Shown here in pieces: positions 12,084 through 23,870 of a stretch of DNA of 58,798 bases. Position numbers and translations under genes: made by a program. The notes beneath the pieces are model-generated. The model was not told the DNA's origin. It was given only the letters and a program-made list of their open reading frames with translations, and did not search any database. Positions within the stretch are counted from its first letter, which is position 1, and each line of letters opens with the position of its first letter. The DNA is from Octopus bimaculoides. Lineage: Eukaryota. The stretch covers positions 17,686,328-17,745,125 of the forward strand of contig NC_068995.1 in NCBI RefSeq assembly GCF_001194135.2, given 5' to 3'.

Positions 12084-15000
12084 AAAGAAAGAAAGAAAGA
12101 AATAGTGAGATACATATATTTTCATATTTTCTCATATATTTTTAATATACTGTGCACAAAATATCCCAGGGAGCCACAAGAAGCTGCTCTCTTGGTATCC
12201 TAAACACATTAAAATTTTCCTGTAAACACACCCTAATCTCCTCAAAATGAGCAACATGTTCATAATATTAATAATTATTGTACGGCAAGATGAAAACTCA
12301 CGCAAGACAGATCTGGGATAAAACAACAACAAAGACATAGTATTTGCAATATTAAGGGAAACCATCTTCATACGGTACGAATCTTAAGAATGCTATACAT
12401 TGAACAGTTATATGCTATGTATAGTGTTTATGCCAATACATTCACATAGAAAAAAATTACCCAGTTTATCATCAATCTCTGACCATTAATGCTGTTGCTG
12501 TGGCTACTGTTCGTTTTGTTGCTGCTCCTTATCTTGTGTTTTTCTTTTTGTTGTTTTTTAGACTGTAGCGCATCTCCCAGAGAATCCTGATCGAGCAACG
12601 TATAAATTATATTGTTTTGGAGTATTTCAGAAGTATCGGGTCGTGGAATATATTATTCAACATATCTATCATGTTTGCAATGCACTAAGACGTGATTCAA
12701 ATAAGATTTTCCTGACATTTCTTGCAGGTTGATTGACGTTCAAGAAATTCACAAAGATCTTTTTACTGCCAAAAAGATTTTGACCAGTACACACCGGGAG
12801 AATTTCGCACCGTCGGTTTTCAAATAGAATCCATATGTGCATGAGCAGTTTGAGGTTTACTCTCATTTACACTCAGTACCTCATGTGAAACTGCATACAA
12901 CATGCATATTGCTACTGTATCCTCTTACAAAATTAGAAAAACTAGCTATACTCGTTACTTATATATACTGTAATGGGTTTTAAAATATATGAACAGATGT
13001 TACAGATTAGCGTCCATTGGCACTCATGCTTTGCAAACAAATATAAATGTTTTAGCTTAAATATTTTTATATTCCTTAATATAAAACATTTTTAGCTTAT
13101 ATATATATATATATATATCTATATATATATATATANNNNNNNNNNNNNNNNNNNNNNNNNNNNNNNNNNNNNNNNNNNNNNNNNNNNNNNNNNNNNNNNN
13201 NNNNNNNNNNNNNNNNNNNNNNNNNNNNNNNNNNNNNNNNNNNNNNNNNNNNNNNNNNNNNNNNNNNNNNNNNNNNNNNNNNNNNNNNNNNNNNNNNNNN
13301 NNNNNNNNNNNNNNNNNNNNNNNNNNNNNNNNNNNNNNNNNNNNNNNNNNNNNNNNNNNNNNNNNNNNNNNNNNNNNNNNNATGGAATGTAACTCAGTAA
13401 TTTATGTAAAATGGATGAAATATTTCCGATGAGACACTTCAACTGATTATATTTTTATAAAATAATACATAGGCATTTACCTAAACAAATAAAGTAGAAA
13501 TATTATACACTATATTTTTATTTATATTATCTCCTATACAATAGAAATGATGATGTATTTAGATAAGGAATAACTGTCTTGTTTGTATCTGTTATTTGTT
13601 CCCTTGCGAGAAAATGATTGCCGATGCAAGACGCCATCTATGAGATAGCAGCGTAGCTTCGTCATCAATTGATGTGTATTCTATATCTCCAATCTTTCTA
13701 GTAGACATACAACAGACGCAAACCGTATGTTACGGCGACTGATATGAATCGATACTTGAAGAACACAGAAATATTTTGAATATATTTATAAAATGATGTC
13801 GAAGTAAATATGCATTTTATTGCTCAAAATTGTATACGTATTCAAGATTCTTAAAGTATTTTCGAGAAAATTTTATAGAGATTTAAATTTTTAAGTATAC
13901 AGCGATTTATCGTTTAGAATTTTGCGAACGTAATGGAAAAAATAACGATCTTTAAATATACAATAAACTATAGATCATTAATACTCTTCGTATTAAATAT
14001 GCAGAAGTAGGACATACGGATAGTAATTGATATTATATTTAATTGGAGTATATCATCATTGGGTTGGTAAAAACAACAAAAATATGAATGAATAATTATC
14101 CTATGAAATAATGATTTCTGAAACTAGCACAAGGTTATTCACTTTGAATGGCGTGTATTTCATAAACATTAATTTTTATTTGGTACTCACTTCAACATTC
14201 TCATCAACATGAATGTCAGAATCAACCACGGTTGCATCGAAATCAATCTAGTATGACAAAGTCAAATACGACAACCTATTTTGTTTCAAAAACTGTGGTT
14301 ATTTTCTATAAATTATTAAACAATTAAGGTGGAGAATTCGCATTTAAAGTGTGTGCTTTAAGTTCAAATTTCATCAAGATCATCATCTTTATTCATCACC
14401 TGATGGAGTTCATAAATAAAGTGACACAAGCATTTTTATTCTTTATTCCCTCAATTCATCAGAGCTGAGTATACCAAAATATAGCGTTTTGTAAAACAAA
14501 GTACATCTAAAAAAGAGAAATTAAGAATACATTGACAGACCTCCCCGAAGATTCTGACGAGCATGCAATGTTTGCGAACAAGCAGTGTTTTGTCAAAGAA
14601 ATTACAAGGGCCGTCTTTTTTGATGAGACGCAAATTGAAGTAAGTAAAATGTTGTATTATAGATGTAGTATATTTGGGTGAGAAAATGTTTACGGTATTT
14701 CCCCTGGTTCCTTACAATCTGTGCTCGAATACCTCCTAGGTCAGCATTGTATTTTTTCGTCCTGGGAAAGTTAAAATACAGGATAAATCAAGTACTGAAT
14801 TGGTGTCAACGGAGACCTCTCATTAAAATTACTGGCATTGTTATTTACATCAGAAAATATCATTAGTAGTAGAATAGTTTTTGTAATTTATTTAAAATTT
14901 CCGGTGTTGCTTAAATTTTGAACTTCAGAAGTTGTGTAGCTTCAAATTGATTTTGAAATCGGTCTAATTTAAATGTTTAGTTGATAGGAATCTAACGACA

Positions 15001-15586
15001 CTTTACAGTGATCCACTTTGGAATTCATTCACTTGCCTGTCTTTCCACACACCAGCGCAACATATAAGAGGTACGATATTTTCAATTTTCGACAGCGAGA
15101 AACAGTGGCAAAGAAATTGTCATAATATCGTACGTTTGTTTATTTTTCTCCGATTACCTCTCCACTACAATTAGATTAGTAAGACATTGATTTTTAATAT
15201 GGCTACAATTTCATAACATTTGAGAGCGAAAAAAGTAGGTTAATTTAACTTTTGAATTTGGTTGTTACTTAATTTAACCTGTACTAGGGCGTTGAAGTCA
15301 GAAAGTATGCCTGACGTAAAAAAGAAAACTTCTTATTCTTCCTATTTATGTTATTCAATCCTTTCAGCATATCCACCCCTTTTCAAAACTGTATTATATC
15401 TTCTAATCTCAATCACATAATTTTCACCGAAATCACTTCAAAATCCAACCTAATGTAACTATAAATTTCAGACAGATTCTAACTTTTAATATCATTATAT
15501 ATTTTTACTTTTATTAAACACTGCCGATTTGGGTTTACTTTACTGAATGTGCAATTGTTTAAGAGACTATCCTTTTTATATGGACA

Positions 15587-15631
<45 letters not shown>

Positions 15632-15632
15632 A

Positions 15633-16037
15633 TTCTTTTATTCTTTTACTTCTTTCAGTCATATGATTGTGGCAATGCTGGAGCACCGCCTTAAAGGGTT
15701 TTAATCGAAGAAATCGCCTCCGGGATTTATTTTTGTAAGCTTAGTACTTATTCTATCGTCCTCTTTCTCGGAATGTCTAAGCTACGATGACATAAACACA
15801 CCAGCATTGGTTGTCAATGGTGGAGGATAAACACAGACACACACACATAAATACATGCATAGATATATTATATATACAACAAACTTCTTTCAATTTCGTC
15901 TACCAAATCCACCCACAAGTCGTTGGTCGGTCCGAGGCTATAGGAGAAGACACTTGCCGAAGGTGACGCATAGTGGGACGGAACCTGGAACCATGTGGTT
16001 GGGAAGCAAGCTTCTTACCACAAAGCTACAACTGTGC
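15633..16037 (-). mobile_element. Full-length SINE, same family as 2881-3300
   Basis: Reverse complement aligns with the 2881-3300 copy from the tail (ttcttttact) to the tRNA head (accatgtggttgggaagcaagcttcttacc). Confidence 0.85.
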
Positions 16038-16148
16038 TTGTGTGTGTGTGTGTGTGTGCAGCACTGCATTAATATGTATTTTACAACTATTTTAGTTAGT
16101 TAAGACACACTTGCGGATAAATATTTTTTCTTATATACACACATGTTT

Positions 16149-16237
<89 letters not shown>

Positions 16238-17384
16238 CGTGTGTGTATATACTAGTGTTGATATCACACGAATTTGTACCGGAAAATTGCGAATGACATA
16301 GTATCTCCTAAATACGCAGTGTGCATAGCTTTTTATGTTCTCTGCGGTTACAATTTTCTTTCTTGGAAATGGAATGATGCACTTTGTAGTTATTTTCTTA
16401 TCGAGAAACACGTTGTCATCAGTAACGCAATTGAAAGTTTGCACTTCATTGACTGAATTATATGAAGAAGATAAGAGATATATTGACAGGGCATATAATT
16501 TCGAATAAACAGTAGAATGATGTGAAAGGTGTTTAGATGAAGATATTCTGATGTAAGATATATATAATTGATATAGTAATTAGTTTAGTGGTCGATGATT
16601 ACAGCTGGTAAAAAGTATGTGATGCATTACCTTATCACTAGAACTATTACGATTCTTTAAATGATGAGCACGTGTGTGTGTGTGTGTGTGTGTATGTGTG
16701 TGTTTGCGTGTGTGTGTGTATGAATGTATGGTTCTACCTATTTATGCATGTATGTATGTATGTATGTACTAATGTATATTGCAAACAATACAATACAAAG
16801 TAAACGCTCACCAATGATGCTGCATGCTTAACTGCCTGATAAATTATGCTGGCGATTTGGGATTCCTCATCTTCTGCATAAGCTATAATAAATCACTTGA
16901 AGTTGCTGAACTTTTCATGTAATTATGCCTGAGAAAAGATGCTAAACAATTCATAAAGAATCAGCAATACGATACATTATTTGAATGTTATATCAATATG
17001 TTTAGTTCTGAATAAAGAGAAAAAGGAAAATTACATATAGAAAGAGATTCCAATGAAAGGACTTTACAATTAAGCAGCGAAAAATATATTTCATTATGCT
17101 TTTATTGTTTACAATTTGTACAATCGTGAGACATGAACTATAGCTACGCTGGGATAATACTTTCAACATCAAGCCCATTACATAGTCTTGTTAGATACTA
17201 AATTTATAAAATTCTACTTCTTGCACTGCAAAATTGAGAAAGAGACATATTCCAAGATAAACACAATTCAGTTTCAAACAAGATAACAACTAATCCAGAA
17301 AACGGCACACTGTATACATGAAAAGCGGCAGCTTTATATACCGAACCGTGTAATAAATTCTGCACAAAAACTATTGGTTAAATC

Positions 17385-17490
17385 AAAGCTACAACACAAA
17401 CTTCATTCTTAAGTCATCGCAAAGTGGGATTGAACCAGGAGCGTTGTGCTATCAATCAATAACTTCTTAAATATACAGCCATGTTTGCGT
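17385..17490 (-). mobile_element. Decayed SINE head fragment
   Basis: gcaaagtgggattgaaccagg...cagccatg resembles the reverse-complemented tRNA head of the SINE family. Confidence 0.4.
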
Positions 17491-18160
17491 CTACAATTCT
17501 ATAATATATCAAACCAATGTAACAATAAGAAATTGTGTATATTTGCATAAAATATTGAAATGTATTCTGAATTCTTTCAATATACATACTTCTATATTTA
17601 TACCATGTTACCATCTTCTCCATAGATACTGACGATTGATCACTACTCAGAGAAAATTGACATGTAAATTATAATTCAAGCATATTTCTAAGAATAATAC
17701 TGTATAGATACAAGTAAAATTTTTCATATAATATCTTATTCATTCGTTGAAATAACCATGGTGATTCTGGAATATTTCATCAACACTCATAGCTTCTCCT
17801 CAAATAATAAATCTATATTCTATGATTATTTTGACATTTCGTTTAGGAAGCGACTATTGTTACATCGTAGACAGCCAAGTTATCATTGCTAAGATATCGG
17901 CTGAGAAAAGAACCACTAAAACATTAAAACCATATCCCCAATTTGCTAGAAAGAGTAGCAAAATACCTCTGTCTCATACCCTAAATTATTTCAGGAAAAG
18001 GAAATAATTCGAAAGCAGTAATAGATAAATTATGCATAAGGATGTCAGGTTAATGGAAAGCAGGTCTTTCATCATAAGTTGTCTCTATAGAGGCAGAATT
18101 AAAGTAAACAGCAACAAGACACACAAGCACACAAATATATACAGTGGATCTCAAGCAAAT

Positions 18161-18345
18161 CTAGACGAATGATATAATAATTATTCACTCCCTCTCTCTC
18201 CCTCTATCTCTTCCCATCTCTCTCGCTCTCTCCCCCTGTCTCTCCCTGTTTCTCTCTCGCTCTCCTGTATATATATAAAGACAGAGTGTAAGAGAGAGGG
18301 GAGGGAGTAGGGGGAGAGGGAATGATTATTATATCATTCTTCTAG
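18161..18345. repeat. Fold-back element with CT-rich left arm and AG-rich right arm
   Basis: ctagacgaatgatataataat(ta)ttcactccctctc pairs with gagagggaatgattattatatcattcttctag. Confidence 0.8.
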
Positions 18346-18455
18346 TTTTACTGGNNNNNNNNNNNNNNNNNNNNNNNNNNNNNNNNNNNNNNNNNNNNNN
18401 NNNNNNNNNNNNATATATATATATATATACACACACATACACGCATATATATATA

Positions 18456-18682
18456 CAGGGTTGTCCAGAAGTCACCTGACAGTAAAGCAAACCGATTTAA
18501 TTCCAAGATTTATTTATATTTAACTGATTGAATTTAATAACAGTATATAAATATGAAACATCATGAAAATTGTTCAAACTGAAGTCCTTAAGCGACACCA
18601 TTTTGCCAAATGAATACATAAAATTGAATATTAAGTAGCTTTGGAATTTGACTTACTGTCGGGTGACTTTTGGTCAACCCTG
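18456..18682. mobile_element. 227-bp Tc1/mariner-type MITE
   Basis: TIRs cagggttgtccagaagtcacctgacagtaa / ttactgtcgggtgacttttggtcaaccctg, with TA on both sides (18454-55, 18683-84). Confidence 0.9.
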
Positions 18683-18714
18683 TATATAAATACATACATA
18701 CATACATACATACA

Positions 18715-18744
<30 letters not shown>

Positions 18745-18746
<2 letters not shown>

Positions 18747-19475
18747 CACAACGAGACCTTCACTTGTAAGAACAATTTCTTCCGCACTTTTAAATTCTTT
18801 CATAAATATAAATGTAAGACCCTCACCAAATAGCACCCACATAAAAAAACCCTACGATCATTAACGTATACCCCTTCTATATCTCTATAACGCTTGTTAC
18901 TACCTTATGTCTTACCTCATATCTATCTATCGTACCTCATCACACTATGAGATAAATATTAATTCTCTAATTTATTTTAAATCTTAACCCAATAACTCCT
19001 CTACAATAAACTCCGAACTCGAACTCCCACTCATAAATAATTTAACATTCAACTACTCTACTACCTACGCACACACAACCCCATTTCTAAAAATAACTCT
19101 ACAGCCACTGACCTTAGCCAGGACGGACACAAACAATTACTACCAAATCTCCTCACCAACAACAAAGTATATGCAACTTTAGACTTTTAGACTACCTGAC
19201 ATCTACTACTCTCTTTAAATTCCTTTTATTTCGCTCTATTTTTAAACTCTATCATCCTCTACCTCCTCATCCTCTCTCTCATTTTCTCGACTACCTCGTA
19301 CACAATTCTTACACACAATACACAAAAGTCCTTTACTTTATCATATAGGCAATCCTTAAAAATCCCCCTACTTCACTCTATCTACTTCTCTATTTCTTTT
19401 CCTTTCTTTACTTTTACCAATGCCCAATTCCTCTACCATTCTGTTAATGAACGCTGATACGTTCGCGTCTTTTTT
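18745..19475 (+). mobile_element. Probable Penelope-like 3'/pseudo-LTR remnant
   Basis: C/A/T-rich tract ending in a decayed hammerhead-like motif (taatga-acg-ctgata-cgt-t-cgcgtc). No recognisable ORF. Confidence 0.3.
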
Positions 19476-19864
19476 TTGGGATGTCTGCTATATCAGGACT
19501 TTAACCCACATGGATATACGCATGATTGGCAGCTAAAGTCTTGGCGGAGGTAAAGACATGGGCCGCACCCATTTTCGGTTATTTTTTTTTGGGGGGGGGG
19601 TCTACAGAAACCTACCTTTTTGAGGTACTATTCAAAAGGAGTGGTCCCGCTGCGCGCACTCGCACACTCAGGATTCCGCGCTGGCTAGTCGTGACTAGTC
19701 AATCCTACAACGACTATCTAGCGCGAATGCGCGTATGTGCAAAACATGTATGAGGTTTTTTTTTAAACAAAGTAAATAATTTTTTTAAACAAAGTAAATA
19801 AAACACAAAGTAAATATGTTTTTCTTTTGTTGAATCTTCCCATCTTACTCTTAAAACGTCGTTC

Positions 19865-20200
19865 TACGTTCTTCCAGTGTGTATTTTGGTGTCACATCTG
19901 TTTCAGTAATCCCATTGTACGACGCACTCCAACAATCAGAATATTTAGTCGTCCCTGGTTTGATAAATTTTCAAATAAGTGGTAGAAGAGTTTCAGAAGA
20001 ACGGTCAGGTACAAAGACTAAACACCTATTTTTATCCTCTCTATCCCATCCACCGTTGTGTTTGCGCTTGCACATCAAAGATTCATCTATTTCTACGATG
20101 TGCCCAAGTCCACCAATTTGATAGGGGTTACGCAAAAGATAATTACTTGTAACTACTTGTAATGTCCCTCATGTACTGATACCATTCAACAACAGTAGAT
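19865..20200 (-). mobile_element. Merlin (IS1595/ISXO2-like DDE) transposase remnant
   Basis: Minus frame reads YLLRNPYQIGGLGHIVEIDESLMCKRKHNGG...CLVFVPDRSSETLLPLI*KFIKPGTTKYSDCWSASYNGI. This matches the ISXO2 motifs IGGxGxxVEIDES..KRK.N.G, V.DRS..TL.P.I and PG..I.SD.W..Y. Confidence 0.85.
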
Positions 20201-20418
20201 TTTGAAAGATCAAGCACATAAATGCAAAAGAAGGTGAGAAAAATAGTACACAAATATCAAAATCCGGATAATATGCGTCGTCTTCAAGCCATATTTGTTC
20301 ACACAATGTTACATAGAGATTCATGTTAGCGCTGGTGAAACGTGAAACTCTGAGCAAGACGGCGTAAACATTTTTTCGGCTGTAATAAAATGTATACTTG
20401 TATGTACGTGTTTGTGTG

Positions 20419-20449
<31 letters not shown>

Positions 20450-20905
20450 TCTGTGTGTGAATGTGTGTTTGCGTATTTGTGTATTTGTGTGTGTGTGTAT
20501 TGATGTATTATAGACGTATATTTAAGCAATTTCGTGGACAGCATTTTAATTATATACGTATACGTATTTGTGGTGCGTATACAGGAAGACGGAGTGTATT
20601 TATGTGTGCGTACATATTCAATATATTTACAACATACTCATTGGAGCTGCTGTCAAACAAGTTTGTCTGCTGGCTGACACAGAAACGTTTTTGACACTTT
20701 ATAGTTTACAATGCTAATTTCAAACAGACCAATGTGAATATATAAATTTTTGTTTGTTTCTAAATGGCTAACATAATTTGCTCCTGATGTAATTGTTTGA
20801 GTTTCAATACATGATCACATTAACACATTTACAAGTAATGCTTGGACATTTTACATCTAAACATACATGCATCCATATATATGTATATATGATATGTGTG
20901 TGTAT

Positions 20906-20942
<37 letters not shown>

Positions 20943-21417
20943 CAGATCCAAACATATGTATGCATGTGCATATGTTTGTGTGTTTTTGTGTACGTAAGTG
21001 GCTATACATTGTATGATTTTGCAGAATTACTTTGCAGCGGCCGAATAAATTTGCTGAAGATATAATACAATTTTCCAACTTCCGGAGAATTTCGACTAAG
21101 TCCCTTTGCCCACTACAATGGGGTCTCTGTGTCATTTATCAACATCACTTAACTGCACATGTTTATTAGGTGTTCCCTGGTATGACTTTGCACTTCAATA
21201 ATGGATTTCTTTCGAAATGAATTTAATTGCACATTTAGATATTGATGATTTTGGCGCCTCTGTATTTTGGTGTAATTTAGTATCCAGCCATTCCATCAAT
21301 TATGCTCTCTGCTTCAGCAGACTGCAATGATGTTGGCCTATATATTATTTACAACTTTCCCTCTCCCACGTCCGACATCCTCAGCTGGTGCAACAAACAT
21401 TTATATATATATGTGTG

Positions 21418-21448
<31 letters not shown>

Positions 21449-22394
21449 NNNNNNNNNNNNNNNNNNNNNNNNNNNNNNNNNNNNNNNNNNNNNNNNNNNN
21501 NNNNNNNNNNNNNNNNNNNNNNNNNNNNNNNNNNNNNNNNNNNNNNNNNNNNNNNNNNNNNNNNNNNNNNNNNNNNNNNNNNNNNNNNNNNNNNNNNNNN
21601 NNNNNNNNNNNNNNNNNNNNNNNNNNNNNNNNNNNNNNNNNNNNNNNNNNNNNNNNNNNNNNNNNNNNNNNNNNNNNNNNNNNNNNNNNNNNNNNNNNNN
21701 NNNNNNNNNNNNNNNNNNNNNNNNNNNNNNNNNNNNNNNNNNNNNNNNNNNNNNNNNNNNNNNNNNNNNNNNNNNNNNNNNNNNNNNNNNNNNNNNNNNN
21801 NNNNNNNNNNNNNNNNNNNNNNNNNNNNNNNNNNNNNNNNNNNNNNNNNNNNNNNNNNNNNNNNNNNNNNNNNNNNNNNNNNNNNNNNNNNNNNNNNNNN
21901 NNNNNNNNNNNNNNNNNNNNNNNNNNNNNNNNNNNNNNNNNNNNNNNNNNNNNNNNNNNNNNNNNNNNNNNNNNNNNNNNNNNNNNNNNNNNNNNNNNNN
22001 NNNNNNNNNNNNNNNNNNNNNNNNNNNNNNNNNNNNNNNNNNNNNNNNNNNNNNNNNNNNNNNNNNNNNNNNNNNNNNNNNNNNNNNNNNNNNNNNNNNN
22101 NNNNNNNNNNTATATATAATAAGTATGCGTGTTTATATGAGTGTGCATATATAATTACATCTATGTTTGTATATATGTGTACATATCCCTATGTTTCTGT
22201 TTGAAAATTCGAATATGCGATTCTTGATTCGAATATTTCATGGACTTCTATTTGAATTTACGATACAATTCAATATTCAACGTAGATTTGCAGCATATAT
22301 GATTGGTGAGTTGCCTTGTTTCTTATATGCGCATAGATAGAATGATACATAGAAATGTAAATAGATACATATGTACTTATATATATATATATAT

Positions 22395-22770
22395 TTATAT
22401 ATTGTTGTATGTGGACAAACTTTTCATGGTATGGTGGGAGAGAAGGCTTAAAGAACGTTTGACACAGAACTCCATACTCATGAACATGTACTCTCGATAT
22501 GTCGATGATATCAATGTAGTGGTAAAGGTACTCCCACAAGAGAGTACTTTTGAAATAGAAACTAATGCTATGGAGAGCATCCAGTAAATAGCTAACTTTA
22601 ACCACCAGGGTATTAAGTTCACGGTAGACTACCATACGTATCACAATAACAATAGACTACCAATACTAGATACAGAACTCTGGCTGGAAACTCTGAATAA
22701 TAAAACTCGAATCCTTCATTCACAGAATGCCAAACCTATGACCTCCAAATACTTGATAAACCTAGCCTGA
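22395..22770 (+). mobile_element. Penelope-like retroelement reverse transcriptase remnant
   Basis: LFMVWWERRLKERL...MYSRYVDDINVVV...IQ*IANFNHQGIKFTVDY...RLPILDTELW...HSQNAKPMTSKYLI. These are PLE RT motifs YVDD, IKFT, LPxLD and Y.KPM, with one in-frame TAA. Confidence 0.85.
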
Positions 22771-23189
22771 ATAGGAAACTAGAACGGAACACTAGCACAC
22801 ACACTCAACACACCACAACCTATGGCAGAATAAGATTTCCATAAACTGATAACAATATGAATATAATATAATACAATATACAGATAAATAAATGGAATTA
22901 AATAACTATATACAATAACAAAATAAATTAAATTAAATTAAATATAAGAAAAGAAAGAATAAAAAATAACTAGGTATAAACACATGAACAAAATAAATAA
23001 AAACAAGTTAAACGAACGTCTATAAACAAGGGATATTGATGAAACAGGCACATTCCTCCCACACACACGCTTACTAAACATAGACGAACAGTGGGGTATG
23101 TGCATGCGCAAATAAAGACATACAATAGGAATACAAAATAGCTGATCGTTAGTAAGGAAAGACACACAAAAAAGAAAGAAGAAAGCAAA

Positions 23190-23235
23190 GGATCACTGGT
23201 GAGGTCACGGGAATGTGACGAAAGAGCTCTGGCCG
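23190..23235 (+). ncRNA. Degenerate minimal type I hammerhead-ribozyme-like motif
   Basis: CTGGTGA-G-gtcac-gggaat-gtgac-GAAA-gagctct: core with one substitution, 5-bp stem II and palindromic AGAGCTCT at stem III. Stem I and the NUH site are imperfect. Confidence 0.4.
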
Positions 23236-23403
23236 AAATAAGATTAATATAAAATAAGGCTGAAGCAAGTGAACACTAAATATATAGTGCGTGTGTTTTT
23301 AGTGGCTGAACTGGCAACATGACAATCCTAAAACAACAATATCTGTTTCAACACACGAATTCACATCAAGAATCTTTGAAAACGAATATATTAGTGTATA
23401 TAC

Positions 23404-23436
<33 letters not shown>

Positions 23437-23833
23437 NNNNNNNNNNNNNNNNNNNNNNNNNNNNNNNNNNNNNNNNNNNNNNNNNNNNNNNNNNNNNNNN
23501 NNNNNNNNNNNNNNNNNNNNNNNNNNNNNNNNNNNNNNNNNNNNNNNNNNNNNNNNNNNNNNNNNNNNNNNNNNNNNNNNNNNNNNNNNNNNNNNNNNNN
23601 NNNNNNNNNNNNNNNNNNNNNNNNNNNNNNNNNNNNNNNNNNNNNNNNNNNNNNNNNNNNNNNNNNNNNNNNNNNNNNNNNNNNNNNNNNNNNNNNNNNN
23701 NNNNNNNNNNNNNNNNNNNNNNNNNNNNNNNNNNNNNNNNNNNGGGAGAATATACAAATAATAATAACAGACGAGGACAGGTGGTGTAAATAACAAAAGT
23801 ATATATTAGTATGACGCTCGGGAATACGGAAAG

Positions 23834-23870
23834 TCTTTGACGTTTCGAGCTACGCTCTTCAACAGAAAGA
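23834..23870 (-). ncRNA. Minimal type I hammerhead-ribozyme-like motif (PLE pseudo-LTR type)
   Basis: Minus strand reads UCUUU-CUGUUGA-A-GAGC-GUA-GCUC-GAAA-CGUC-AAAGA: 5-bp stem I, 4-bp stem II, palindromic ACGU stem III and GUC cleavage triplet. Core position 6 is U instead of A. Confidence 0.6.

Noticed and set aside
19623-20250. Merlin TIR pair (ggtactattc / aaatagtaca)
   Set aside because: Only about 8 bp match and no 8-9-bp TSD is visible.
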